Origin: Wallemia ichthyophaga EXF-994
Lineage: Eukaryota; Fungi; Basidiomycota
Length of the DNA stretch: 32,000 nucleotides
Reading direction: 5' to 3'
Assembly (NCBI RefSeq): GCF_000400465.1
Contig: NW_008806283.1
Coordinates: 240,001-272,000 of the forward strand
Shown piece by piece: positions 1-10,669 of this stretch. Numbering within the stretch: the first letter of the stretch is position 1; each line of letters starts with the position of its first letter. The notes under the pieces were generated by a model that saw only the letters and a program-made list of their open reading frames with translations, did not search any database and had not been told where the DNA came from. The position numbers and the translations under genes are program-made.

Positions 1-64
1 ATACTTGACATGCATTGTCGCTTTTTTTTCATTCGAGACACAGACTGACACGATTTAAATGCAG

Positions 65-1288
65 TTACAGTTGAAAGTAGCTCCATTGATCGACGTACAA
101 AATGGTGAGTGGAATGAAATGAAGATTGTGCGTTACTGAGTTTCTCTGCCAGTAGAAGATGAAGTAGATAGCGAGAGCATGCGCTCGAACAGCTCAATCA
201 AGTCAACAGGATTATGGAAGTGGTGGAAGACGCTGCGAAGGTGGGTTAAAGGAGGAGGGGAGGTAGATAAAAGCGAGAGCTATCAAAACTAACACACAAC
301 CAGCCACACTGATCCTATCCGCGCTGTGGTGTTCATCAAGCTGAATGCGGACGAGACGATGATGATAACAGGGGGAGATGACACGGTTTTGAGGTATTGG
401 AGAGTACCACCTTCCACTGACAAGAGTGTGCTACTCCCCAGTGTCAATCTGCGCGCTCACACCGCACCAATAACTTCAATAGCCGCTTCTAAGACGAAGA
501 AGGTAGTTTATACAGCCAGCATTGATAGCACGATACGCGAATGGAAACTGACGGAGCGGGATGGAGATGTTATCGATCTCCATTCGCTCTCGGGGAGGAT
601 CTTCGAGGGTCATACAAACGCTGTTTGGGGAGTCGTGTGTACACAATCAGGCAAGCTCATCAGCGTCAGCAGCGACTCGACGATGAAGATCTGGAATGAG
701 GAGACAGGTGCGCTGGAAAACACTATCAACCTCGACACGCCGTGTTCGACGATCGATTTATACGAAGAGAGTGAGAGTGGGAGTGAGAAGGAAACTATCA
801 AGGTGGCAGTTGGATTGACTGACCAGAGAGCCATCGTGATGGATCTCACCAATCTCAGCACGCCGTTTTTAGAGCTAGTAGTGGACGATGCAGACACAGA
901 AGCGAATGCTCAATTCAACAATGTCGTACTGGACGACGATAGGCTGTTTAGTGCGCACGAGGATGGCAGGATCAGATTGTGGCTGCTGTCCACTGGACAG
1001 CGTATCGAGACGCTGATGGCACATCTAGACAGCTGCACTGCAATTAAGTTGCAACCCTACTCAAACGTACTCGCCAGCGCTAGCCATGACTGCTCAGTTA
1101 GGTTCTGGTCGACAGAGAAATTCAGCCAAATTGATGGCCCTGGAGTTGCGCATGACGCTTGCGTACAAGAATGTGGTGGACATAGGAAGCTGTTCGGCGA
1201 GGGTGTCAACGAAATAGCGGTAAATAATGACGGCACGCTGCTTGCTAGTGCAGGTGCAGATGGGGTAATCAAGCTGTATTACAAGTAG
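65..1288 (+). CDS. Striatin/Far8-like WD40 protein (PP2A B''' / STRIPAK scaffold-like), 5' part probably outside the window
   Basis: Spliced model: exons 65-104, 153-240, 304-1288; introns 105-152 (GTGAGT..CAG) and 241-303 (GTGGGT..CTAAC..CAG). Splicing gives WKWWKTLRSHTDPIRAVVF, resembling the first striatin WD repeat, followed by several GH/WD repeats ending SAGADGVIKLY. Bases 1-64 look like the tail of another intron (CTGAC..GCAG). Confidence 0.75.
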
Positions 1289-1334
1289 GAGTATGTACCA
1301 CGCAATTCAAATGCATCATTCATACAAGGTCCAA

Positions 1335-2029
1335 TTAGACGTCAGCGTGAGCTGGGAACTCAAAGACGACATCCTTGCCAGCGAGACGCTTGTAGATGGA
1401 TTCGAAGGAGGTGAGCTTGTGCTCGAGGATGTGTGAGTCCTTAGGGTCAAGGAAACTGATTACATAGTTAGCACGCGAGCTCTGCAGGAGAATATCAGGG
1501 TATTCTCGAGCGCGCTCCAGCGATTAAACGAAAACACGGTCGAAAAATCCAAAGAGGGGACTCACCACTTGATCAACTTGCTGCCGTCAGTGGATTGACG
1601 GAGACGCTTACCGACAATCTCAGAAGGGAAGACAATGTCCTCGAGGATGGCTGCGTGGACAGCGGTGAGAGTACGAGAACGAGGTCTTTGTTGAGGTTGC
1701 TTTTGGTTGCGAGTTGGCTTAGGGAGGATACGGCGTTGGGCAACGAAGACGACGTGACGGTCAGAGAACTTCTTCTCGAGCTCACGGGTCAAGCGCTGTT
1801 GAACCTTGTGGAAAGCCTTGACTTGAGGAACAGGAACAAAGACAACAATAGCCTTCTTACCGCCCTTTACATCAACCTCACGAGCAGAGGAGATGGTGAG
1901 TGGTGCGAGCTCGGCCTTGAGGTCTGGGACGTTGTTGCCGAGGTCGATTAAAGCTTGACCAACTGATAATTCAATTTCGTCTGGTTGGACGCGTGCTGCG
2001 TTAGCGGAGCGTTGAATCTTAGAGGCCAT
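1335..2029 (-). CDS. RPS7: 40S ribosomal protein S7 (eS7), 194 aa
   Basis: Motifs [45 protein letters not shown]. Intron 1456-1565 (GTGAGT..GCTAAC..CAG) restores the C-terminus [36 protein letters not shown]. Biased, highly expressed-type codon use. Confidence 0.97.
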
Positions 2030-2348
2030 GGCTTTATTGGTGTCCCGGTGGTTTTCACTGAAGAGGCGAAGACGCTGATTGGAAAAAATTAAGTGCCAAT
2101 TTTCATTTTATTTTTGACGACCATTGGATATCTATAGACGGTCTTTGTGGGTTTCTGTAGGTCTTTGGTTGTGGCTCTTTGTCCATCTAACCGCCACCTA
2201 ACTCCACCCACTTGAGTTGTTTCAAAAATTTGTCTGGGGAAGCGAGTGAGGAGCGGAGATACCTAGGTAGCAGCTACATGCACCAGAACATCCTAAACCT
2301 TCTTGATTCCCATCAAATTCCTTCAAAAGTGAAGATTTTCCGGGATGC

Positions 2349-2356
2349 TTCTCGAA
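2349..2356. promoter_or_regulatory. Partial heat-shock element (TTCtcGAA)
   Basis: nTTCnnGAAn pair about 170 bp upstream of the BiP ATG, with imperfectly spaced TTC/GGA units just upstream. Only two perfect units are present. Confidence 0.3.
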
Positions 2357-2464
2357 GGCGAGGTAGACGTGATTGAGAGGCTGGAATCACAGCATACAGG
2401 GAATACATAAACATTTAACATTTACAAAGAAATTTGAATATTTTTATATTTTATAACACACTTG

Positions 2465-2474
2465 TGACGTGTCA
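2465..2474. promoter_or_regulatory. Candidate unfolded-protein-response element (TGACGTGTCA)
   Basis: ACGT-core bZIP site with inverted TGAC/GTCA arms, 52 bp upstream of the BiP ATG. It resembles the TGACGTG-type sites bound by Hac1/XBP1-family factors. Confidence 0.5.
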
Positions 2475-2526
2475 GTGTGTACTACGTAGCGCGATACGCT
2501 GGCAAACATCTTAAACTCATACCACA

Positions 2527-4540
2527 ATGAACATCAATTTCAGGCATACGCTCAGCCTTCTCCTAGTGGGAATCCTGGCAATCCTTGGATGCCTATCTAG
2601 CGTACAAGCACAAGAGAATGATTATGGTTAGTGTCTTGCTGGTATTTTGTATCATCCAGCTCACACGGCTCATAGGAACTGTTATCGGTATTGATCTTGG
2701 TACCACTTACTCTGCTGTCGGTGTTCTCCGTGGTGGCCGCGTCGATATCATCGCTAATGAACAAGGAAACCGTATTACTCCATCGTGGGTCGCTTTCACA
2801 GACGAAGGAAGACTCGTCGGTGAATCTGCAAAGAACCAGTACTCTCAAAACCCTACAAACACTGTTTTCGACGCTAAGCGCTTCATCGGTCGCAAAATGG
2901 ATGACCCAGACATGAAACGCGACGTAAAGCACCTTCCTTTTTCAATCAAATCAAAGCAAAACAAGCCTTCGATTGAGGTTGAATGGAAGGGCGATGATAA
3001 GTCTTTCCAACCTGAAGAAATTTCAGCTATGGTTCTCGGTAAAATGAAGGAAACTGCTGAGCAATACCTCGGTACTTCTGTTACTCACGCTGTCGTTACT
3101 GTTCCTGCCTACTTTAACGACGCTCAACGTCAAGCTACAAAGGACGCTGGTACCATCTCTGGTCTCAATGTTCTCCGTATCATCAATGAGCCAACCGCCG
3201 CTGCAATCGCTTATGGTCTCGACAAGAAGGATGACAAAGAATCTCGCATTCTCGTCTTCGATTTGGGTGGTGGTACTTTCGATGTCTCATTGTTATCCAT
3301 CGATGATGGTGTCTTTGAAGTTTTGTCTACTGCTGGTGACACTCACCTTGGTGGTGAAGACTTTGACAACCGTGTTCAAGACTACCTTGTTAAGCAATAC
3401 AAGAACAAGACTGGCCAAGACCCTTCAAAGAACAAGCGCTCAATGGGTAAACTGAAGCGTGCAGTTGAACAAGCAAAGCGTCAACTCTCCTCACAAGCAT
3501 CTACAAAGGTTGAAATCGAAGCCTTTTTCCAAGGTGATGATATGGTAGAGACTCTCACTCGTGCCAAGTTTGAGGAAATCAACAACGACCTCTTCCGCAA
3601 GACTTTAAAGCCAGTTGAACAAGTTCTTAAGGACGCAAAGGTTAGCAAGACTGAAGTTGACGACATTGTACTCGTTGGTGGTTCAACCCGTATTCCAAAG
3701 GTTCAACAACTCCTCCAAGACTTCTTTGACGGTAAGCAACTCTCAAAGGGCATTAACCCAGATGAGGCTGTTGCATACGGTGCTGCTGTTCAAGGTGGTG
3801 TTCTCTCCGGTGAATCATCAGCTGACGATATCTTGTTGATTGATGTTTGCCCACTTACTCTCGGTATTGAGACAACTGGTGGTGTGATGACCAAGCTCAT
3901 TCCACGTAACACTCAGTTGCCAACCAAGAAATCACAAATTTTCTCAACTGCAGCAGACAACCAACCAACTGTGTTGATTCAAGTTTATGAAGGTGAAAGA
4001 TCGATGACCAAGGACAACAACTTGCTCGGTAAATTTGAACTCACTGGAATTCCACCAGCACCACGTGGATCACCACAAATTGAAGTAACATTCGAATTGG
4101 ATGCTAATGGTATTCTCAAGACAACTGCAGCAGATAAGGCATCTGGTCGTTCAGAGTCAATCCAAATCAAGAACGAGAAGGGTAGATTAACACCAGAAGA
4201 CATTGAAAGAATGATCCAAGAAGCAGAAGAATTCGCTGCTGATGATGAGGCACAAAAGTCAAAGGTAGAATTGCGCAACAACTTTGACGGATTCATTGGA
4301 ACCGTCAGAAGTCAACTCAACGACAGCGAAGGATACGGTGGAAAGTTGTCTAAGGAAGACAAGCAAGCATTACAATCAGAGTTGAAGGATGCTGAAGCAT
4401 GGATCCAAGAGCAAGGACAATACTCAGAACCACAAGAGATTGAAGACAAGCTTTCGGAGGTACAAGCATTTGTGTCTTCGATAACTTCAAAGTTGTATGA
4501 AGAAGGTGGACACAGCGACCATCACCACGATGAACTCTAA
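2527..4540 (+). CDS. KAR2: ER Hsp70 chaperone BiP
   Basis: True start is at 2527: signal peptide [28 protein letters not shown], then intron 2627-2675 (GTTAGT..TAG) restores [16 protein letters not shown]. Hsp70 signatures [12 protein letters not shown] and [13 protein letters not shown]; C-terminal HDEL. The ORF-track start at 2585 reads through the intron. Confidence 0.98.
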
Positions 4541-4632
4541 ATGTCTTAATATTTCATTTTCTCTTGCATGGATAAATTATATCTTTAGATGGGTTTGAGT
4601 GGGTTATTAAACCTTCTTAGTTGACAACAACC

Positions 4633-7060
4633 ATGTCTTCTCAAGAGACTTCATCGCTGCTTGCGTGGATAAACAGCTACGAGGATGTGCTGGATGGGAA
4701 TTCTGTGACTGAGATAACACAACTATCCGATGGACTTGTTCTTTCTAGGATTCTCAACAAAGTGTTAGTGGTGATGTCACAGCGTGTGTCCTCTAACGAG
4801 AAATGCAGTGACCCAGAAGCATTCCCTGCGCCGCAGAAGAAGGAAACAGACAGCACGTTCACTACAAAATTACAATCACTCACTCGCTTACAAGCCAGCT
4901 TGACTTGTCTTCTCCCAAACCTCCCACCGCTCAACCTAAGTGTAATTGCTTCAACTGCGGCTGAGAATGAGGTTGTCCAGCTCGTGAAGCATGCTCTCAT
5001 TGCCGCCGTTAAAGGCGCTGGTGGACCTTCTGTAGTTCAAGGCATAGGTCAGCTCGGTGAGGATGTCGGTGCGGGGCTGATGCTTGCAATCACCCCAGTC
5101 ATGACTAGACTCGATGAGCCTACTGTCGACAATTCGGACTATTACGCACTTCTCTCCACCCACACCGCACTGACCCACGATAAGAAGTCGATCGAGACTG
5201 CGTACAAGCAACTGCTAGACGATATGCGTTCTTTGCGAGCAGAGCATGACGATACCATCGCTGAGCTTGCTGGACTGCGCGATGAAGCTGTGGATCACCA
5301 ACCGTCTCCGATCTCAAGCCGCGCTGAAGAGTCCCTTCGCAATGAGCTGGTCAGAGTCAAAGACGAGCTGCAGAGGTCGGAAGACTCCCTCGCTGAGTCT
5401 GAGGCGACTAGCGAGCGTCACACTTTGACTATCAGAGATCTGCATAGAAAGATGGACGATCTCTCAGCGAAAGCTGCCGAGACATCTACACTGCGTGACC
5501 AGCTGGAAGAGAACAAACACGCAGCGGCGCAATTGCAGAAAACGGAAAATGTCATCGAAAAGTACAAACAGAAGCTGGAGGAGTCGGCCAGCCTCCGTAG
5601 ACAGTTCAAATCGCTCGAGGACCAGAACGCCAGACTTGTGGATGTCAACGCGTCGCTCGAAGCCAACGCTAAGCAACTCAACGCGACAAAAAGCCTCGCT
5701 GATAACTACAAGACCCAGTTTGTCGATCTCGAGAATAGACATGCGCAGCGCATGAAAGAACATCAACATCTGTCACATGAGCTCACGCAATTGAGATTAT
5801 CGCACAGCGCTCTCGAGGAGGAGAAATTGAGGGCGTCGGAGCATGTCTATCTGCTAGAAGAGAAGTTGAAGGAAATGGAGGTGGATAAAACACACGCTGA
5901 TACACACGAAATACTATCCAAACAGACTCAACATTCTCATGAAAAGAATAGCGATGACTTGGAGCTGGAGTTGAGCGACAATTCGACAACAGATCTCAAA
6001 CTCCAAGTAAGAAGGCTGGTTAAGGAGTTGGAGTCGGTGAGGAGCGACAAAGGGACCGACCCTGATAGGGCTCTTGTGCTCGAGAATGTACTTGCAGATA
6101 CCCAGAAGATGAAGGAGCGCTACGAGGCTGACTGGATGAGCGAACTCACTGAGAAGCTTGATCTGCAGAGAAAAATGGACGAAATCAGGAGGGGTATGGA
6201 TGAAGGGTCGGGTGATGGGTGAGTGTGCGCACCACCGCAGTGCAGTCTAACACTCCAAATAGCCCTGAAGTCGTCACAGCACTGCGACAACGCTTGAACG
6301 AGTCGACGGATCAACTCGACAGGATTAAGAGTAGCTTCGCGGAGCTGCAATCAGTGCATAATGGAGTTACTGAGGAGCTGACTCGAGCTAAATCTGATAG
6401 TGAGCCAAGTGGACCTAACGCGTGTCTCGCTTACCAACCCCGCAGTGACACTCGTTTCCAAGGACCAGATAGACATACTAAACTCGCTGAGGCAGAGTGT
6501 AGATGAAGACAAGCTAGAGATGGGCAAAGAGAACGACAGTCTGAAAGAGACAGTGAGGCGGATGGAGCAGCACGAGAAGGAGACGCTCGAGAAGATGAAT
6601 AGGATGTTGATGGAGAGGGTAGATGAAGGTTCATTAGGGTGAGTGTGACCAGCTACACACGCAAAAAAGCGCTCCTAACCACTAACACCAAGTGCACACA
6701 ACCGCGGCATGACCGAGAGCGACAAGGACTACATGTCGTCGCTGATGGGCGATCTGCACAAACCTCACAGCAGAGAGACGGAGTTGAGCGAGCGGGTTAA
6801 CAAAGCAGAGTCGCAAGTCCACGCACTCACTCTCGCCATGGACGACATGAAGAAGAGACACCTCAAACGTCGCCAAGAAATGTTCCTGAACCACAGCAAA
6901 GTGGCGAGCATGATGGACGACGAACCCGCGAGCGACAGACCACCACAAAAGCACTCGTGGTTGGGTATGCAGAGAGCGAATGTGAGTTTTGAATTTGTAC
7001 AAGAAAACTCAAAATGACTAATGCTGTGCAATCCAGCTCGATGGTTCTCTCTCACCGTAA
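4633..7060 (+). CDS. HOK1: Hook-family coiled-coil dynein/kinesin cargo adaptor (Hok1/HookA-like)
   Basis: N-terminal Hook domain (LSDGLVLSRILNKV|DPEAF after removing in-frame intron 4764-4808), long coiled coil, AKSDMTLVSKDQIDIL, C-terminal SWLGMQR. Further introns at 6219-6262, 6400-6445, 6639-6692 and 6982-7036 join the separate ORF-track fragments in frame. Stop at 7058-7060. Confidence 0.85.
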
Positions 7061-7355
7061 TAACATTATCACTATATCGTTACAATACCACCTGCATAAA
7101 TTTGTGTAGTATCATTAAATTGTCTCATATACCTGAATGTCTGGGTCTGTCGAGTGTTTGGGGTGTTTGAGGTGTTGGAAATTGTGAAAATCTTCATCCT
7201 TCACGCTTCATATTCGTAAGAAGTCTGTACAGCTTTGCAGTGCCCAGCTAGCAGCACTTTCAGGAGATTTGGACGTGTTGTAAGAGCTTAAAAGCGGTTT
7301 AATGCTCAACAGTAGCAAGTATCAACTCCATACAGACTACATACACACCACACAA

Positions 7356-7813
7356 CTGAAATACTCAATCGCAATCAACGCAACCATCGCAATGCTCGTA
7401 CTCGTCGTCACTGCATACTTCGCAGAAGCAGCCCCACTGTCGATATTGTCGACCAACCGTCAGATGGAGTAGCGCGGCTATCACGGTATGAGGAATGTGA
7501 GTGGTGTCCTGGCTAACGATGCACGCAATTTTGACAAGAGTGACGGAAAGAAGGATGGCTACGTTGATCACAACAAGCTTCATCGGTAAGGGTAGGAAGG
7601 ATGATGTTGATGATGGGGCGGATGGCGGCAACAAAGCGAGGCCTGTGCCACAGAAGCAGCAGACCGATAGCAAGAAGGGCGGCAACGACGACGCCAAAAT
7701 GAGAAAAAACTGTATGTGAATGTCTTAGTTTGCGATGAGCGCTGCTAACATTTCACGCAGCGAAGCACGATAACAAGGACTACAAAACTCAAGGCAGCAA
7801 GAAGCGCGACTGA
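7356..7813 (+). pseudogene. Decayed or mis-assembled small secreted D/K/G-rich protein gene
   Basis: Signal-peptide-like stretch (CTG)KYSIAINATIAMLVLVVTAYFAEAAP and a clear intron 7712-7760 (GTATGT..GCTAAC..CAG) leading to ...MRKNSKHDNKDYKTQGSKKRD*. No single open frame joins them: there is a TAG at 7470-7472 and a frame change near 7585. Confidence 0.35.
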
Positions 7814-7920
7814 TGTGAAGACTTTGACAGTCACTGCTCGCCAGTCACATCCTCAGCCACTCAAATCAAATATGCTCGCTCACATCCACACGATACATAG
7901 ACAATTAAACTTGATAATCA

Positions 7921-9238
7921 TCACTTATTCTCAATACATGTTTTCATAGCGTCGATAATGAGCTTCTTGGTGGGCAGTTCTGTCTTAGTGTGTGCGAAAG
8001 CGAGGAGGGGCAATTTTCTCAGGAATCTACCACTGACGTCCTTCTTCTTGCAGAGAACAGCGATAGTGTTGAGAGAAGTGTTGTCGTCGATGAGGAGGTT
8101 TTTCTCAAACAACTCAGCCAGACAACTGCCCAAGATGACTTCTATAGCTTTAGTGGAGGGGTTGCCGATATACTGCTGAATGTCAGCTCTATCAACAAAA
8201 GCGTCATCAATAGCAGCTGTGATGTTAGAGGTAGCTATGATGAGAACGTTTTTCCTTTGTTTAAGTTTGTCTATCTGGGTGAGCAGGGCGTTGACGACTC
8301 TGATAGCGTCACTAGGTTCGTTACCGTTGACCGCAGCTTGGCGGGCGCCCGTAAGCGACTCGACTTCATCGATGAGCAGGGTGACAAAGACAGCGTCGTC
8401 GTCGCACAGCCTGTTGATCATCTCGAACAGCGCGTGCACGAGTTTTCCCGACTCGGAGAACCACTTGGAGAAGAGGGAGTGGGCGTTGATCTCGACGAGT
8501 CGACCTGATACATAGAGCGTGTTGAGACGTATGCTCAGTTTATGCGCAAGGGCCTGCGCCAGACTCGTCTTGCCCGTACCAGGTGGACCGTGTAGCAGAA
8601 CTATCCGGTTCCACGCAATAACTCGCGGATCAATATCGTGTGCTGAGAAACGTAGCGTTGTGTTGATGTATTGCAGCAGATTGTGCTTGATCGCCTCGTC
8701 ATACACCAGCGTATCCCACAGCCCGTCTGTCGCAGTACTGGGCAAGTCAAGGACGGAAGCTGCTTTCTCGGTGGAGAGTTGGTCGTTGTCGTGCTCATGC
8801 TCATCGTCCTCGGTTAAGTGGTGCAGATCGAGTGCGGTATCGCTATAGAGCTGGTATGCGTGTGCTTGGAAGTGAGTGTGTGGGTTTGTGTGGGTGAGTG
8901 TGTGTGTATCGTCTGTGAACCTCACCAACTCAATCTGGGTGCGTAATTCGTTGTTTAAATGTTGCAATAAGTGGGTGGATAACTGGCTGGTATTTCCGCC
9001 GCTACTTGTATCAGTGAATTTGTGTACGCTCGGTATTTCCACAGCCACTTGAAACATTCCTAACCCGCGACAAACCGCATCAGCCGCCTCGGTGAAGTCT
9101 ACGTCAGCTTCTGGCGTAAGCTGCACCTCGACTGGAGTGAATATGGGAGTGAGTGTGCTATTAGACATTCTAAACAAACTCACCGTGGCACAAGTCCATG
9201 TTGGTAGTCGTCTTGGCACTCGAATTGGATGGTGACAT
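7921..9238 (-). CDS. PCH2: Pch2/TRIP13 AAA+ ATPase (HORMA-domain remodeller)
   Basis: WNRIVLLHGPPGTGKTSLAQALA (Walker A), EINAHSLFSKWFSESGKLV, LLIDEVESL (Walker B), DAIRVVNALLTQID, DDAFVDRADI. Start at 9238 with intron 9132-9183 gives MSPSNSSAKTTTNMDLCH|VEVQL. Additional in-frame introns (about 9002-9064 and the CA-rich stretch near 8850-8925) are possible but unresolved. Confidence 0.92.
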
Positions 9239-9602
9239 CTTCTTCACAACCAGTGTAGGCAAATGTAGGCGAATGTCGGATGTTATAGACACTTATTTGA
9301 CATGTATTTGCGCGGGATTGTTTACAGGCCAAGCATTCTCACCACTGTGATGAAAATATAGTCACATAAACACATATTATCACATATTATCAAATATAGA
9401 CAGCTGAAAATTGGTATCAAACATCGAGTATAACGAGTAGTGTAGGTGGGCGAGTAATTATTTATCATCTTATTGATTTTTATTTAAGAATGTTAAAATA
9501 GATCAAACGTCATCACATCTGAAGGAGGGCTGGGTTATTCATACGTTGTTGAATCAGCGAATATCGCAGCACTCATCTCGAAACACTCAAAAAGTAGAAA
9601 AA

Positions 9603-10669
9603 ATGACACTTAACCTACAAAATACATATCAAGGAGCTAGCTTCTTTGATAATTGGGTTTACAACTACTCAGCTATCGATAATACAACACAAGGGAATGT
9701 ACACTACCTCGACAAACCAAACGCAGAGAAGCAAAACTTGACCTATGTTAATGACGCAGGTAATGCTATTATGCGCGTCGACAACTTCACAGATGGCAGT
9801 GACGATCCCTCCTTCGGACGTAATAGCGTGAAGCTGGTCAGTAAAGATGCATTCGATATTGGAAGCATGGTGGTTATGGATGCATCACACCTCCCATACG
9901 GTGAAAGCGTGTGAGTGGGAGTTTTTATAGGAAATGTTTCAGTTTGCTAAAATGAGAAAAACAGCTGGGGAGCATTCTGGACACTAAACAATCTCTCAAA
10001 GCAAGATGACGACGGGGAGATTGATATCTTTGAAGGCGTTAATGGACAGGAGAGTAATAGGGTTGCGTTGCACACGCGCGAGGGATGCACCCAGTCTAAC
10101 ACCACTGACGTTGACTACACTGGCCAAGTAATGAGCACAGACTGTTACTACCGCAAGAATGGAAATGAAGGCTGCTCTTACGAATCAAAGGATAACAGGT
10201 CTTACGGTAAGCAGTTCGCGGATAATGACGGCGGTGTTATGGCTATGAGTTGGGATGGTAAGGGTATTCAAATGTGGTTTTGGAGCAGAGCAGAAATACC
10301 AGAAAGCATTAAGAACGACTACCAGATCCACATAATGGTGATTTAGGAAGTCCTATGGCGTATTATCCAGCTAGCAGCTGTAATCCAAGGGAATACTTCG
10401 AGGAACAGAATTTAGTGATGGATATTACACTCTGTGGACTTTGGGCGGGTGAGACGTATAACGCCAACCACGACGACAAGTGTGCATCATTAGTGCCAGA
10501 TCCATCAAACTACGATAACGCGTATTTCGAGATACGTAGCGTGAAGACGTTTAGTGGTGGAATTACAGAGGTGGAAGGCGCACAAGATGGGGGAAGCGAG
10601 GGAAATAAGAGTGGTATATCCCATCTACTCCTACTCGCGCTTTCTGGCTTGATTTATTTTGTATTTTAA
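9603..10669 (+). pseudogene. Glycoside hydrolase family 16 (fungal beta-1,3-glucanase/transglycosylase type) carrying a frameshift; pseudogene or assembly indel
   Basis: YQGASFFDNW, GRNSVKLVSK, HLPYGESV|WGAFW across intron 9911-9964, catalytic EIDIFE, GIQMWFWSRAEIP; then LPDPHNGDLGSPMAYYP, DITLCGLWAG and AYFEIRSVK lie in a different frame. Hydrophobic C-terminal tail. Family assignment is solid; functional status is uncertain. Confidence 0.75.

Noticed and set aside
7104-7113. GTGTAGTATC, matching the U2 snRNA branch-point recognition sequence
   Set aside because: The flanks do not match U2 (no upstream stem I, no following TGTTC) and there is no Sm site; a chance 10-mer.
7470-7472. TAG as an A-to-I editing (stop-to-Trp) site
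   Set aside because: Such editing is established for some filamentous ascomycetes, not for this apparent lineage, and it would not fix the downstream frame change.
10311-10321. Programmed -1 ribosomal frameshift in GH16
   Set aside because: No slippery heptamer and no obvious downstream stimulatory structure; a simple indel explains it better.
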